DNA of 64,000 nt from Vicugna vicugna (GCA_013265495.1 MU058289.1:1485451-1549450); one strand, 5' to 3'; numbered from the stretch's first letter, positions 12,316 to 24,668 are shown. Notes: generated by a model not told the origin, from the sequence alone. Numbers and translations: made by a program.

Positions 12316-13369
12316 AGCCAATTTGATTCTTTTACTTACATTAGCACTGAAAAAGTAATTTTACTTAAGACAAGTGATAGATGTTTGTAAAAAGAGGCTG
12401 ACATCTGTGGCTTTCTAATAAATAGAAAACCACAGTCTATCTTTGTCTATCTTTCTTTAATATGAACTACATATTTTAATTGTAAATGACCCTTAGTTAG
12501 AGTAATGATTTCTAGGACAAATGAAATTGAGGAAGATAAAATCAAAGAAAACTCACAGCCACTCAATTCAGCTAGCCTGGCATTTTATAGAAACACTGGA
12601 ATTAACCTAATCATAAAAAACACCAGTGGAGATGCCCCATAGACTCAAAAAGAAAAGATATAGACAGCAAGTCCCATGTGGTCTACCCCTAAAAAGTGTT
12701 ATGGAATGTCAAAGCTTTGTACAAAGAACAAATTCAATATGGGAAACTGTATTTTTCCCGAGTTCACGTTTTGGCTAGCCAGGCAGTTCGAGACTTACAC
12801 AAAGGAATCCCCATGAAGCACTTGATTAAGATCATATTTCTCACTTTAGACAACATTCCAGTTCATATACAATGTAACTTATACATTTTTTGCATACCCA
12901 GAGGGAGAAAAATCCTACCTAAACTGCCAATTGGCTTGTTCACAGGTTCCTAGCTATTCCTAGTATATTTTAAGACATCCCCCATCCCCTGCCCCACTTC
13001 CTGCCCTGTGTACCCCCATTCTAGGTGAAAGGCAAATGGAGCAGTAACTACCAGGAGAGGAGGTCCCCTAGGGCTTTTATGCTGAAAAGATCCTGGCAGT
13101 TCCTACATCAGGCAAGGTAATACTGCTGGTGCCTTACAACACCGAAAGAGAAGATCACACACAGGGGAAAGGGAGACGCCTACCTCAAGAACCAGGAAAG
13201 AAATGAGCAGAGCAAATGTTCTAGGAGAAAAATGCATTTTTCCAACTAAAAGGGTTCCAGTGAGAAGAATAACCTGCTGTACATTTCTCACCGATGTTGG
13301 TTTTGTACATAATTGTGCTCTGTACTTCAGAGTAGGGCTAATAGCACCTTTCAAGACATGTTGGAAGCA

Positions 13370-13590
13370 ATAATAATATGTGATGATGATGACAACTAGC
13401 TGGGTACAGTGTTTCACATACACTAGTGGCTTCTGATCTTCACAAGAACTTGGAAGGTGGGTGGTAATTCCATTTTGTAGATGAGCAAACTGAGGTTTAG
13501 ACATGTTAGAAGATTTGCCTAAGGCCATACAGAGAGGAAGCAAAGTCATTTTCTAAATCCACATCTTCTGACTCCATGCCCCATAATAAA
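13370..13590 (-). mobile_element. MIR SINE
   Basis: CCATTTTGTAGATGAGCAAACTGAGGTTTAGAC...TTTGCCTAAGGCCATACAG. Confidence 0.75.
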
Positions 13591-15297
13591 CAGTGTCATA
13601 AGCACTGGTTAACTAATGAATCACCACAGTCACAACTTATGTCTCTAACAGTGAGATTACAAAGGTGAACCACTGGGGTAAGAGGCAAAGTCACTGATGA
13701 GTACAGACAGGACAGGACTCATGTACACCCTGCCTGCCCCAGGGCACACAGTCAGCACCTGCAGTTCCCAGACACACGCACCAGGATCTGTAAATCAACG
13801 AGCGTATCTCAAACCTGCCTGTAAGTAAGGGAAAATTAGAAGCAGATTTTGGCCACCTTCCAGGGTGGGACAACGGAATTGGTACTTTGTCTTAGATTTA
13901 AAATGGTCAAGCATTTCCATATCAAGGTCAAGGCCTTCCTCACTCACCCTGGACTAAATCCTGAACAGAGCTCCTTGCCTAGCCAGTCAAGTTCAGCAAT
14001 GTCAGGCCACAGACTTCTTCCCCCTAGGAGTGAATGTTAAAGAGCCTTTTAGGGCCTTGCTGATAAAAGTTTAAAAAGACCAATAGGAAAAAAAACAAAT
14101 GCCTAGCCATTCCAGCTGAGTTGGTGAATACTCTGAGACAGAGACCCTTATAGGCCCATGGCAGTACAGAAAATCCAGAAACAACAAATATCGCTCTGTG
14201 GAAAAAGCAAAATGTTACATCTGCAAACCTCCATTTGGCAATCGCATTTTAGGCTTTACTTTCAAGTCAGCAGAATACACCCATCAGATTCTAAAACCCA
14301 TCAACAGCACTTAGTTTCCAGTCTAGCCTCTGAAAGCCAGTTTAGCCCATTATTTAGAAAAACATGGTAATATTCCAACTAACCTAATCGCATTTCAATG
14401 GGAAAAGCCAAGCCAAAATTCCAGACCACAATAATAAGAAATATTTCCCATTCTCAGCTCAAGTGGTCTATGCTAGTCCCAGGAAAACAGAAGGGACAAG
14501 ATAGGTGCTACTGCGGTGCGCCCCAGTGGCTTACTAACACTAACTCCCAGCTCCTCAGGGCTGTTTCATCTTTTTCTAGCTGTCCTGACCCACGGAAGAA
14601 GGGAACTTGCCCTACTGGGCTGGAGGGCAAGTGGCTCTGAAGATCTACCTCCGTCTCCTCCAGGACCTGGTGGCACAGCCTGAAGAAGAGCTCAATAACT
14701 TACAGGTTAAAATAAGAGCCTTTGGCCTCATTTTTGAAACCATTCTTGCCTGAAATTCTAGTTAAAGCTACAAGTGCTTCTGTCATTATAGGACAGCAGC
14801 TGTAACAGTCTGGGTCTGACACTGTTCAACACTTCCTGGGAGGGCAGAGTCCCTAACTGCTCTCTTGTCACATCTCTGTAGAGCAGTGACCAGGCACACT
14901 GGGGGCTGAACAACATGGTTCTTTATGTAAAACAAACAAAAGCCAAAGCTGTACATCTGCACGTGCACAAATATGTACCTGTGCACGTGTAGACAACAGT
15001 CTGGAATGGCACATGCCAACCAGTTAACAGGTCTCTTCTGGGAAAAGGAATGGGATGGGAGAGTAGAGCAGTAGTTTTCAGATTCACTGCTTGAATTTCT
15101 TTTGAGAAGTACATTTTTACAAAATATGCTTTTATGCGTAATTTTGAAAATACTTTAATCTATGACAAGCCATTTTAAAAACACTTCAAAATCATGGTAT
15201 CTCTGAATATAATATGATCATAGAAAAATCAAAAATTATAAACATACTTCAATAGGTTCAAAACAGAATGACCCAAGGAAGATACTATACATTTATA

Positions 15298-15485
15298 CCA
15301 GCAGGTTCAGCAAATGATAGTCCATGGGCCAAATCCAGTCCAAAAGACAGGTCTACAAGGTAAAACTGGTTTTTACATTCTTAAAGGGATACTTTAAAAA
15401 AAAGAAGAAAACATGACAGAGACACGTGTGGCCCATGAAGCTTAAAATTTATTATTTGCCCTCTACAGAAAGTTTGATGATATCT
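15298..15485 (+). mobile_element. MER58-like hAT MITE
   Basis: CAGCAAATGATAGTCCATGGGCCAAATCCAG...TGTGGCCCATGAAGCTTAAAATTTATT...CCCTCTACAGAAAGTTTG. Confidence 0.6.
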
Positions 15486-16687
15486 AATTTACACCAAGAC
15501 TACTGTGTCATCTCAAAAACAGTTCTAAATTCCTCTTAGAAATGCCTTCAAAATCACTTTTAAACACAATAAAAATGAATCATAATACTTAATAGTCTAC
15601 TTTTTCCCCCTTAAACCCACAACAGTATAAGTTATTCATTCAGCCACCTCAATCATCAGATTTGGCTCAGAAGACTGGTGATTTCCTAAGATCAAATACA
15701 ACCCTGGGATGGGGAAAGGAACATTCTCCCGCCTAGCATCCAGACACTTAACCTCTGATGTGCTTCTAAAATGTACAAGGACACATGGAAAAATCAAACT
15801 CAGAAGAACTCTCTAAGTAGCTAAAAATAATTTTTTAAATCTCTCAGTGAAACTAATTTAACAGATGACAGTTTAATAGCTATTTCCTAAACCAAGGAAA
15901 GAACAATGTCATCTTTATTCTGAATGAAATTTGTATCCAATCTTACACTCTAATCTAGAGCCCTGAAAAAGGGAGAATATTTCGTTTTGACTCTCAAAGA
16001 CCCTAAGAAATGTACTGAGTAAGAATCAAATGCATCCAAATGTGAACAGCTGTAAATTTAGAACTGGAAAGATGATTTATCCTGTAAACATGTGTGGAAC
16101 TTTCTACATTAAACCAATGGTTCTATATAAAGACAATTCACAAATAAATCTTCGTTTATAATATTTAGAAACCTCAGTCCCCACTGTGTACTTTATTTGA
16201 ACAGTATGTTATTTGGAAATTAAGTTCCAATTTGAAAATTAAAAAAATATATATATAGGCTGATTTGGCTTTTTGTTTAATAATTTTTTATCCTACTTAA
16301 TTTGAAACAAAAGCAATTCAGAACCTGGCATGCAAAAATTTTTACAAGGTGAGGAGGGGCAATTTAAGGGTAGGGGAGTGGGAGGTTCAAACTGCTGGGT
16401 GTAAGACAGGCTCAAGATTGTACTGTCCAACACGGAGCATACAGCCATGGGAAGAAACCTTTAAAAATTGTCTAAAAATCAAAAAAAAATTTTTTTAAAG
16501 AAATGCAAGTGCTCAAATAAGAAATATACGACTCACTCAAAAATTTTGTTTTTACAAGGACAGAGCATCAATAGAAAAAAGAGGGCAAAGACCATCATTT
16601 CGGTGATTACGGAAAAACTAAGACAACATTCTCACTTACCTCTGGAATACATTTTCCTACCCGAGTGTGACACAGAAGATACTCTAC

Positions 16688-17182
16688 CTCAATGTCCTGG
16701 AGACTGAATTCCTTCTGATCCGTAAAGTTTGCGGCCCCGGCACTGAGTTCCATCAGCATTTTGGCGATCTCGGGCTTTATGGCTGACGTCAGCCGGCTGG
16801 CGGCTTCCATGACGTGCTCTTGCACGTCTTTGAGCTGCATGGCTGCCTTGGAGTAGTGAGAGTTCCTGAACACGGTGCTGAAGAGATCTGTGAGGAAAGT
16901 GCTGGCACGGCAGAAGACGTTGAGGGCATCCAGGTACTTGGAAATGCCCTGCTGGATGTCAGCGATGGGGGTGGAGTGGGGCACGGCGTGGTGGCAGCTG
17001 CCGGCAGCGGCCAGGCCGCCCAGGGGGGCGGTGGCGGCCGTGGACGCCAGCGGGGCACTCAGCGCGCGGCCCAGCTCGGGCATCGGGTACTGCTGGTGCT
17101 GCTGCCCCTTCTGCTTGGACCCGCCAAGCAGGAAGCGCCGCTTGTAGTCCATTTTACTGTCCTGGGCGCTGCAGCAATACAT
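16688..17182 (-). CDS. GARRE1: GARRE1 (KIAA0355) first coding exon, codons 1-165
   Basis: Translation MYCCSAQDSKMDYKRRFLLGGSKQK...SAGAANFTDQKEFSLQDIE matches the human GARRE1/KIAA0355 N-terminus as I recall it. Homology ends at a phase-0 donor GAG|GTAGAG (GT at 16687-16686). 495 nt = 165 codons. Confidence 0.95.
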
Positions 17183-17975
17183 GCGGGAAGGCCGACTGTC
17201 CCAGTGACCGCCAGAGGGTCAGGGTTCTGAGTCCTCCTTTTCCTTTTCACCTAATACTGTGGCTAGGTATAAAAATAATGGAGTTCTGCAAATCTAAGTT
17301 TTAAAAAAGGCATTTCCATGAGGCAGGTGACCATGTGATCCAACGTAGATGTGAAAAGGACAACGGGTTTATATAATTAATATTTTCAGTGTAGGCAGGA
17401 CCTCTGACAAAAAATAAAAGTGTGTCCAAAATGCTATATAAGAACTGTTAGCGCTCCACTCTCTTAATAAAAAGATATGCTTACTGAGAAAAATGTTTAC
17501 CTATAATTGCTTTGCAAGAATATTTTGATACTGTATTTACAATGGCAGAAAAATAACTTAACTTTAAAAAATGTAATATAATGTATCTTCAATATACCAG
17601 AAAAGTTAGAACCCAAAACCCACAAGCTGATCAACAGCAATTTAAAAAGCAGTACAGAATAACTTCACACTAAGTCCTTAGGAAGGAAGATCAAATCTCT
17701 GCAGAATTTTGACAGAGCCTGCCTGCCAAATCCATTTACCTGTAAAGCTTCTCAATGCGAAAAATTTCCAAGTTTCCTTTAATATTTTCTGAAAACAAGT
17801 TTTTTTTGCAAAAAATGGCATCTGTTATTGTAAGTCTTCTCCTTTCCTTTTGTTTGCTGAGGTAGCGGTTTCCTTGTAACATTAATAAGAGGTGCTTCCA
17901 GACTGGGTTGGCCCTCAATTGTAAAGTCTGAAGCAAGAATGCACAGATGTATTTGTAAGGCCTCTAAGTCATTTC
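17183..17975 (-). other. GARRE1: GARRE1 exon 2, 5'UTR portion (793 nt)
   Basis: Strong acceptor TTATCTTATTTTTTCCCCCTTACAG|GAAATG (AG at 17977-17976), then repeat-free sequence to the ATG at 17182. Confidence 0.75.
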
Positions 17976-19337
17976 CTGTAAGGGGGAAAAATAAGATAAA
18001 GTTAGGAAAGTTACAAGACAGTGAGTAATTCTGAAACATTAACTCCTGAAATGCTATTATCCACAAAGATGGGCTACAAATGAGTAAGAAACCATATTAA
18101 AACTTTATAAAAACAGGCACAACAGTGAGAATGGAACTATGATACGATAACTGTTAGAAAATTCCTCAAGTTGTGATACAAAAATAATGCAATAAAAAAA
18201 TTTTGATTCCCCACTAACCACTCCAAAGCTCAGGCTGACAAATGACACCATCCAGTGGGGCCTGGACTTGTGTCTGTGTTTGGCATTCCCTTGTTTCCTT
18301 CTCAAAGAGCTCACAAATCCACAAGAGAATTGGAGGGGTACTCAGATTATGGTGAGGGTCGTCGACAAGTACAGCACTCACAAAACCTTAAGGGGGACTG
18401 GAAAACGGAGCGATGAGCAAAGACTGAGAGAAATCAGGATTGTTATAAAGAAAATGCTACTCTGAGATAGTCCTTGACTGTAGGATAGGTTTTGATAAGT
18501 ACAAAAGGGATAGCTAGGGCTCACCAAGTCAAAGGACCACCACAGCAAAGGCCGTGAAGCAAGGTGGCTTAAGGTCTGTTCAGGACACCCACTTTACTGG
18601 GCTGGAGTGAAGAATACAGAAAGACAGAGCCTGAAGAGGAGAGTGGCTGGCAGGTCTGCAGACAGGATTCTTCTCATCCTCAGCCAGGTAGGTACCAGTT
18701 TCCCCTCCAGACATTCAAAGGGAAGCCTGGCACAGTGTGCCGGTTACACCCTGAGGCAGCTTCTATAGAATCCCTGGCTCTGGACAGTTTCAAACAGCAA
18801 GGTCTGGACATCTCTGGTTGTAGTTTCTGAACCTATAACAGTGGAGTCGTGTGCTTCTTCTCACAAAGCTGACATCAGGTTCACACTTGCCTGAACTATC
18901 TGTTCTCTCAAAGATAACAATAGTTCAAATATATTTTATTGAGTTTACATGTAAACTTCAAACTATATCATGTCTGTATACAGTTTGGTCTACTTATTGA
19001 TAACAAGATTTTCTTTCTTTTCATTTTCCTTTTTTGGTAGATAAAAATAAATACAAGGCATACCTTGACACTCATCATGGCCAACTACTATGCTTCCTTT
19101 ATGGTTCTACAATTGCATAAAGAATCCAGGAAGGCAGGCAGGTTACAAGAGCAAGAGATGAGAAAAGTACTGTGTGTACAAACACATACACTAAATGTAG
19201 CAACACTAACCTAGCTAGCATATACATTCAACTAAACTGGCCACCATTTGTAGCTCCATGTTCAAGAGAATCTTGACTCTTAAAAACTCTCATAAACTTT
19301 TCAAGAAACAAGATATCAGTTATTTGTAAGAAATCTG

Positions 19338-19607
19338 GGAGTGTGGGAGGGATCAATTAGGAGTCTGGGATTAACAGATACACACTACTATATATAAAAT
19401 AGATAAATAACAAGGACCTATTGTACAGCACAGAGAACTACGTTCAATATCTTGTAATAATCTATACTGGAGAAGAATCTGAAAATAATATATATATACA
19501 CACACACACATATTCTGAAAACAGAATCACTTTGCTGTATACCTGAAACTAACAAAATGTAAATCAACTATACTTCAATAACATTTTCTTAAAAGTAAAA
19601 AAAAAAA
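19338..19607 (+). mobile_element. 5'-truncated cetartiodactyl-type L1 3' end
   Basis: GGGATTAACAGATACACACTACTATATATAAAATAGATAAA...AAATCAACTATACTTCAAT plus A-tail; TSD AAGAAATCTG. Confidence 0.85.
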
Positions 19608-20029
19608 AAGAAATCTGTTCTTAAATGTTCTTTTTTCAAATTCATTACAATAAGGCAATCATATCAATCCCTACCCAAGTGCTCCATTATAATCAATGTG
19701 GCTTTATAAATTTCGAACTACAACAGAAGCTCTCAACAGGAGTCTTGAAGGACGGAAGTGTGTGTGCCTGTGGAGGAAAATCATCACCTTGAGCTGGCCA
19801 CAGGGAGTGTCTTGAGTAGCCCTGAGGAGCATCATTCTTTGTTCTGTGCTGCAAACTGGTGCCTCTGGCTCTGAGAGTCCACCCTCATCCCTCTGCCAGA
19901 TGACCCTAGAAGGTCAAGTAAGGTCTACACACTTACCTAATTTTTAAAAAAGTATCATAAATATTAAGATTTTTTTTCACTTTACGTACTTCCAAAGTTT
20001 ATTTAAATGAAATCTACTGTTTAAAAACA

Positions 20030-21735
20030 TACTACTTCACCAAATTCAACTACAAATTCAATGCAATCTCTATCAAAATTTGAACTATCCTTTTAACAGA
20101 AACAGGCAAGCTGATCCTAAAATGCATGTGGAAATACAAGGGACCCAAGATGACCAAACAAATACTGAAAAAAGTACATTGGAAGATTCACATTTCCTGA
20201 TTTGAAAACCTGCTGTAAAGGTATATAGTAATCAAGACAGTGAACTACTGGCGTAAGTAAAGACATACATACCAATGGAATGTAACTGAGAGTTTAGAAT
20301 GACCCATACCTCTATTATAAATAGATTTTAGACAAGAATGCCAAAACCATTCAGTTTGGAAAAGAACAGTCTTCAATAAATGGTGCCGGGACAACTAGAT
20401 ACTCACATGCAAAAAAAAAAAAAATCAGTATGAACCCCTGTTTTATAAACAAAAATTAACTCAAAATGGATCAAAAATCTTAATGTAAGAGCTAAAACTA
20501 AAAAACTCTTAGAAGAAAATATAGGTGTAAATCTTTATGATCTTAGATTAGGCAATGGTTTCTTAGACATGACCTCTTAAAGTACAAACAATAAAAGAAC
20601 AAATAGGTTCTGAACTGAACTTCATCAACATTAAAATGTACATCAAAGTCACTATGATGGTAAAAAGGCAACTCACAGCATAGACAAAAATACTGGAAAA
20701 TCATATAAGGGTATAGTATCCAGAATATAAAAAGAATTCTCAAAATTCAATAATAAAATGATAAATAATCTCTTAAAAGATGGGTAAATGATATGAATAG
20801 ATGTTTCTCCAAAGATACACAACTGGTCAGTAACCAAATGAAATGATGCTCAACATGGACAGTCACTAGGGAAATACAAATAAACCATAGTGAGATACCA
20901 TTTCACACATTCTAGCATGGCTACAGTAAAAACAAACAAAAAACAAAACAGAAAATAAGTGTGGGCGAGAATGTGGAGAAACTGGAACCCTCATAAACTG
21001 CTGGTGAGAACGTGGAAAAATTCTGCTACTGTGGAAAGCAGTCTGGCAGTTCCTCAAAACATTAAATGAGAGTGGCTGTAAGACCAAGCAATTCCACTCT
21101 TAAGCATGTATCTGAGAAAACTGAAAACATAAGTTTATATAAAAACTTGCACATGAATGTCCATAGCATCATTACTCACAAGAGCCCCAAAATGGAACAA
21201 CACAAGTCTATCAAATGATGAATGAGTAAACAAAATGTGGTATAGCCATACAATGGAATATTACTGAGCTATAAAAAGAATGAAGTATTGATAAATGCAG
21301 CAGCGTAGCTGAAATTTGAAAACATTATGGTAAGAGAAAGAAGCCAGAAACAGAAAGCTGTGTACTATGAGATTCCATTGGCATGAAACATCCAGATAAA
21401 GTAAATACACAGTGACAGAAAGAAGTAGACTAGTGACTGCCAGGAGTTGAGGAGAGGAAGGGAATGGGGAGTGACTATTAATTAACAGAGTTTCTTTTTG
21501 AGGTGATGAAGATTTCTAGAATTAGACAGTGGTGATGGCCACACAATTCTGTTAATAGACTAAAACTGTGCTATATTTCCCCTGTGCTATATACAGTATA
21601 ATCTTGTTTATCTAGTCTACATATGCCTGTCAGTATCTACAAATTTTGAACTCCCAGTCTATCCCTTCCCACCCCCTTCCCCCTGAAATGGTGAATTTAT
21701 GGTATGAGAATTATATATCAATTAAAAAAGAGAGA
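20030..21735 (+). mobile_element. L1 ORF2 end plus 3'UTR, with a younger inverted L1 fragment at ~21567-21685
   Basis: AAATTCAATGCAATCTCTATCAAAAT, CTTCAATAAATGGTGCCGGGACAACT, AGCAATTCCACTCTTAAG and 3'UTR motifs. Confidence 0.85.
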
Positions 21736-22514
21736 AATAGGGGGAAATATATACTACTGGTCTCCAGCAATGTTTATTTAGAATAGATTAACAAAGGTCT
21801 CATAAGCTACATCTGAAAAGTGATTTACTGGGTAGATGGTCAGCTCTGTGAATGGATATCAACTAATGAGGGTAGTAATTACCTGGCTGTTTACTTGGAG
21901 AAAATAAATTAAGCATGTTGCTGTAATTTGTGTACTTTCTTATGTGTTACTCTTCAATAAAAGTTTAAGGAAGAAACAAAGGGTTAACTAGCACAGAAAG
22001 GAGGGAAACTTGGGTAAGGAAACTTATCTTCCAAGGGGAAGAGCATGAGGGAGGGAAAACCTAGAAGGTAGTATGGCAGAGACTACCACATGGCTGGTCT
22101 CAATCAAATCTTCCTCCTTTAGTATAAACCAGTGGGGCCAAGAACATGTGTACCATCACACTACTTTGAAATGTATATGCTTACATGACTAACTTGGGGG
22201 TATAAGAAAAAGTCCTAGATGAAAAGCTTTGGTAAACTTTAAGATTCAGATCTAATCCAAACTACAATTTCACTATTAAGAGGAGAGCAGCAGATTCATG
22301 AAAATAAAAATCTAAAAAGAAAGGGGAGGGAAGTGATGTCATAAAAATGGCAGAGTAAGAACCTCCCAAAATTCTCTCCCCTATATAAATAATGAGAAAA
22401 CTGGCCAAAATGGTCAGAATCAACTTAAAAAAAAAACTCTACAAATTAACAGGTTTGCAGCAAAATGGGAAGCATTTATTCAAGAAAAACAGCTGAATCT
22501 CAGTAAGAATACAG

Positions 22515-22796
22515 CAGTAGCCCCTTATCCATGGGGGATATGTTCCAAGATCCCTAGTGGATGCCAGAAACCATGAACAGTACTGAACTCTATATATACT
22601 ACGTCTTTCCCTACACTAACAGACAGGTAGCATATACAGCATGGATACGCTGTTCCAGGAAGGATGGAATGGAACAGCGCAAGATTTCATCATGCAACTC
22701 AGAATAGCATGCAATTAAAACAATATTTTCAGACTGCAGTTAACTGCAGGTAACTGAAATTACTGAAAGTGAAAATGTGGATAAGGGAGACTACTG
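22515..22796 (+). mobile_element. MER44-like Tigger MITE
   Basis: Terminal inverted repeats CAGTAGCCCCTTATCC / GGATAAGGGAGACTACTG followed by TA. Confidence 0.8.
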
Positions 22797-23434
22797 TAGC
22801 CAGTTCTGGGGTATTTTAACTTGATCTAATTCCATTCTCTGCTCTCCAACTCTATGGTAACCTTGAAAACTAACAGTTGCATTTGCAGTGAAAACCAGAA
22901 GTCAGCAGCCACTGGAGGGAGTAGAACTGGGCTAGAGCTCTTTCAAAGTTTCATTCCCAGGAAATTATCATTATCTGACCTATCTGGTGGTTCCCTGAGA
23001 GATCCCACTTTTAAAGGTCTCTAATTTGACCTGACTTGGAACTCATTTGGAGAAGGAAGAGAATCTGATTTCCAGTTGCCACACTGTATTATATAAAATG
23101 TTCAGTTCTCAATTAAAACTTACAAGGTATACAAAGAAACAAGAAAGCATGGCCCATATAAAGGAAAATATACAAGACAAACTGATGAGGAAGCCTAGAT
23201 GTTGAATTTACTAGACAAAGATTTAAATCAGCTATTTTAATTATGTTCATATTGTGCTGTACACCAGAGACTGACACACTGTAATTGACTGTACTTCAAT
23301 AGAAATAAATAAGCACATTAAAAGAACTAAAGGAAATCATTTCTACAGAACTAAAGGAAGTCAACTATACTTCAACTTTTCAAAAAATGAAATCATGAAA
23401 AAAAAAACCTAAAAATTATGAGAATAACGTCTCA

Positions 23435-23524
23435 GTCTACAGCCATACCACCCTGAACGCGCCCGATCTCATCTGATCTCAGAAGCTAAGCAGGGTCGGG
23501 CCTGGTTAGTACTTGGGTGGGAGA
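23435..23524 (+). pseudogene. 5S rRNA tailless retropseudogene (nt 1-90)
   Basis: 86/90 match to mammalian 5S rRNA nt 1-90 (three CpG>CpA, one A>G). Flanked by a perfect direct repeat GAGAATAACGTCTCAGT (23420-23436, 23521-23537). No poly(A) tail. Confidence 0.95.
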
Positions 23525-24021
23525 ATAACGTCTCAGTAAATCCAGAACACTAATAAAAGAGAGAAATTATATCTTAAAAACAGAAACAAACAGAAATTCT
23601 GGAGTTGAAATATACAAAAACTAACATTAAAAAAATTCACTAAGCAATCCAACAACAAATTTGAACAGGACTCAGTGAAACTAAAGATTAATCAACTGAG
23701 ATTATCCAGTATGAGGAATAGGAAGAAAAAAAGAAAAGAGCCTCAGTGACCTGTGGGACACCATCAAGCATACCAGTATTACATAATAGAATTTCAGGAG
23801 AGAGAAAGAAAGGCACAGAAAAAATACTTGAAGAAATGAAGGTCCCAAATTTCTCAAATCTCATGAAAAACACATGAATCTACACATCCATAAAGCTCAA
23901 CAAACTCTAAGTAGGATAAACTCAAAAGAAATCAACCTAGATGTATTATAATCAAATTGCCTAAAGGCAAAACCAAAGATAGAATCTTGAAAGCAACAAG
24001 AGAAAAGCAACTCATCACATA

Positions 24022-24668
24022 GAGTTGATTCTCTTCATTTATAGGTAGTTAATATAAAGTCGTGTCTTGAACACTGAATTAGCAAATACTGAACCAGTAC
24101 TCCTGGATGACATGTAAAGTTCCTGTGAGCCTCAGGTCAAAACATTTTTACCAACCAATCAATACATAACCTTGTTTTATGTGTGTTTCTGTTTAAACAT
24201 ACCTTACTTAATATATACTGTTGATTCATTAACATTGAACTCACAGCCAGTAACACTAAAACTTATGTCTGAATGAAGCTCATCTAACACATCTATTTTC
24301 TCTGTAAGGTACATTACAGCCTTCTTGGGCTTAGGAACACTAGACAGCACTTTAGCACTATGCTTAGGGGCCATTTTAAACAGTGAAATTGCCAACAAAA
24401 AGCATAAAAATGCAAAAAAGATGTGGCACTGAACAGACTAAGAAAAGAACACTTTATAGTCTAAGAGCTGAAATGAGAAGGCAGTTGTTCGACCTCAACT
24501 GGTAGGAGGAGGGAGGTGTGCATGTTGGGCAATTCAAATTTTTTGCTACTTTGTACATGTCTACAACTGACCACAAGAGCTCCACAAGTATTGATTTTGT
24601 GTTGCAAATAAATTTATTCAGTAAGCCAATCTGCAAATACAGAATCTGAGAGTCATGAGGATCAACTA
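24022..24668 (-). mobile_element. MER82 (Tigger-type) element
   Basis: TA-flanked TIRs GAGTTGATTCTC / GAGGATCAACTA; minus-strand ORF MAPKHSAKVLSSVPKPKKAVMYLTEKIDVLD...EFNVNESTV resembles the Tigger transposase N-terminal HTH. Confidence 0.8.

Larger units (their letters stand above)
22330..24020 (+). mobile_element. Old L1M 5'UTR/ORF1 region with nested insertions
   Basis: AAAATGGCAGAGTAAG start; ORF1-like AAAGAACTAAAGGAAA repeats, GAAATTCTGGAGTTGAAA, AGAATCTTGAAAGCAACAAGAGAAAAG. Confidence 0.7.

Noticed and set aside
1..16600. GARRE1 exon 3
   Set aside because: No segment encoding the expected continuation (VLGRCFLTVVQ..., from memory) was seen; it is presumably left of the window.
16607..16639. 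ORF-track C-terminus VSENVVLVFP as the true protein end
   Set aside because: Read-through into intron 2 past both donors; GARRE1 continues in exons outside the window.
16789..17250. Antisense and off-frame ORFs over GARRE1 exon 2
   Set aside because: Shadow ORFs of a GC-rich coding exon.
24204..24398. Transposase-like ORF as a domesticated Tigger gene
   Set aside because: Only the N-terminal HTH remnant normally carried by MER82; no DDE domain.
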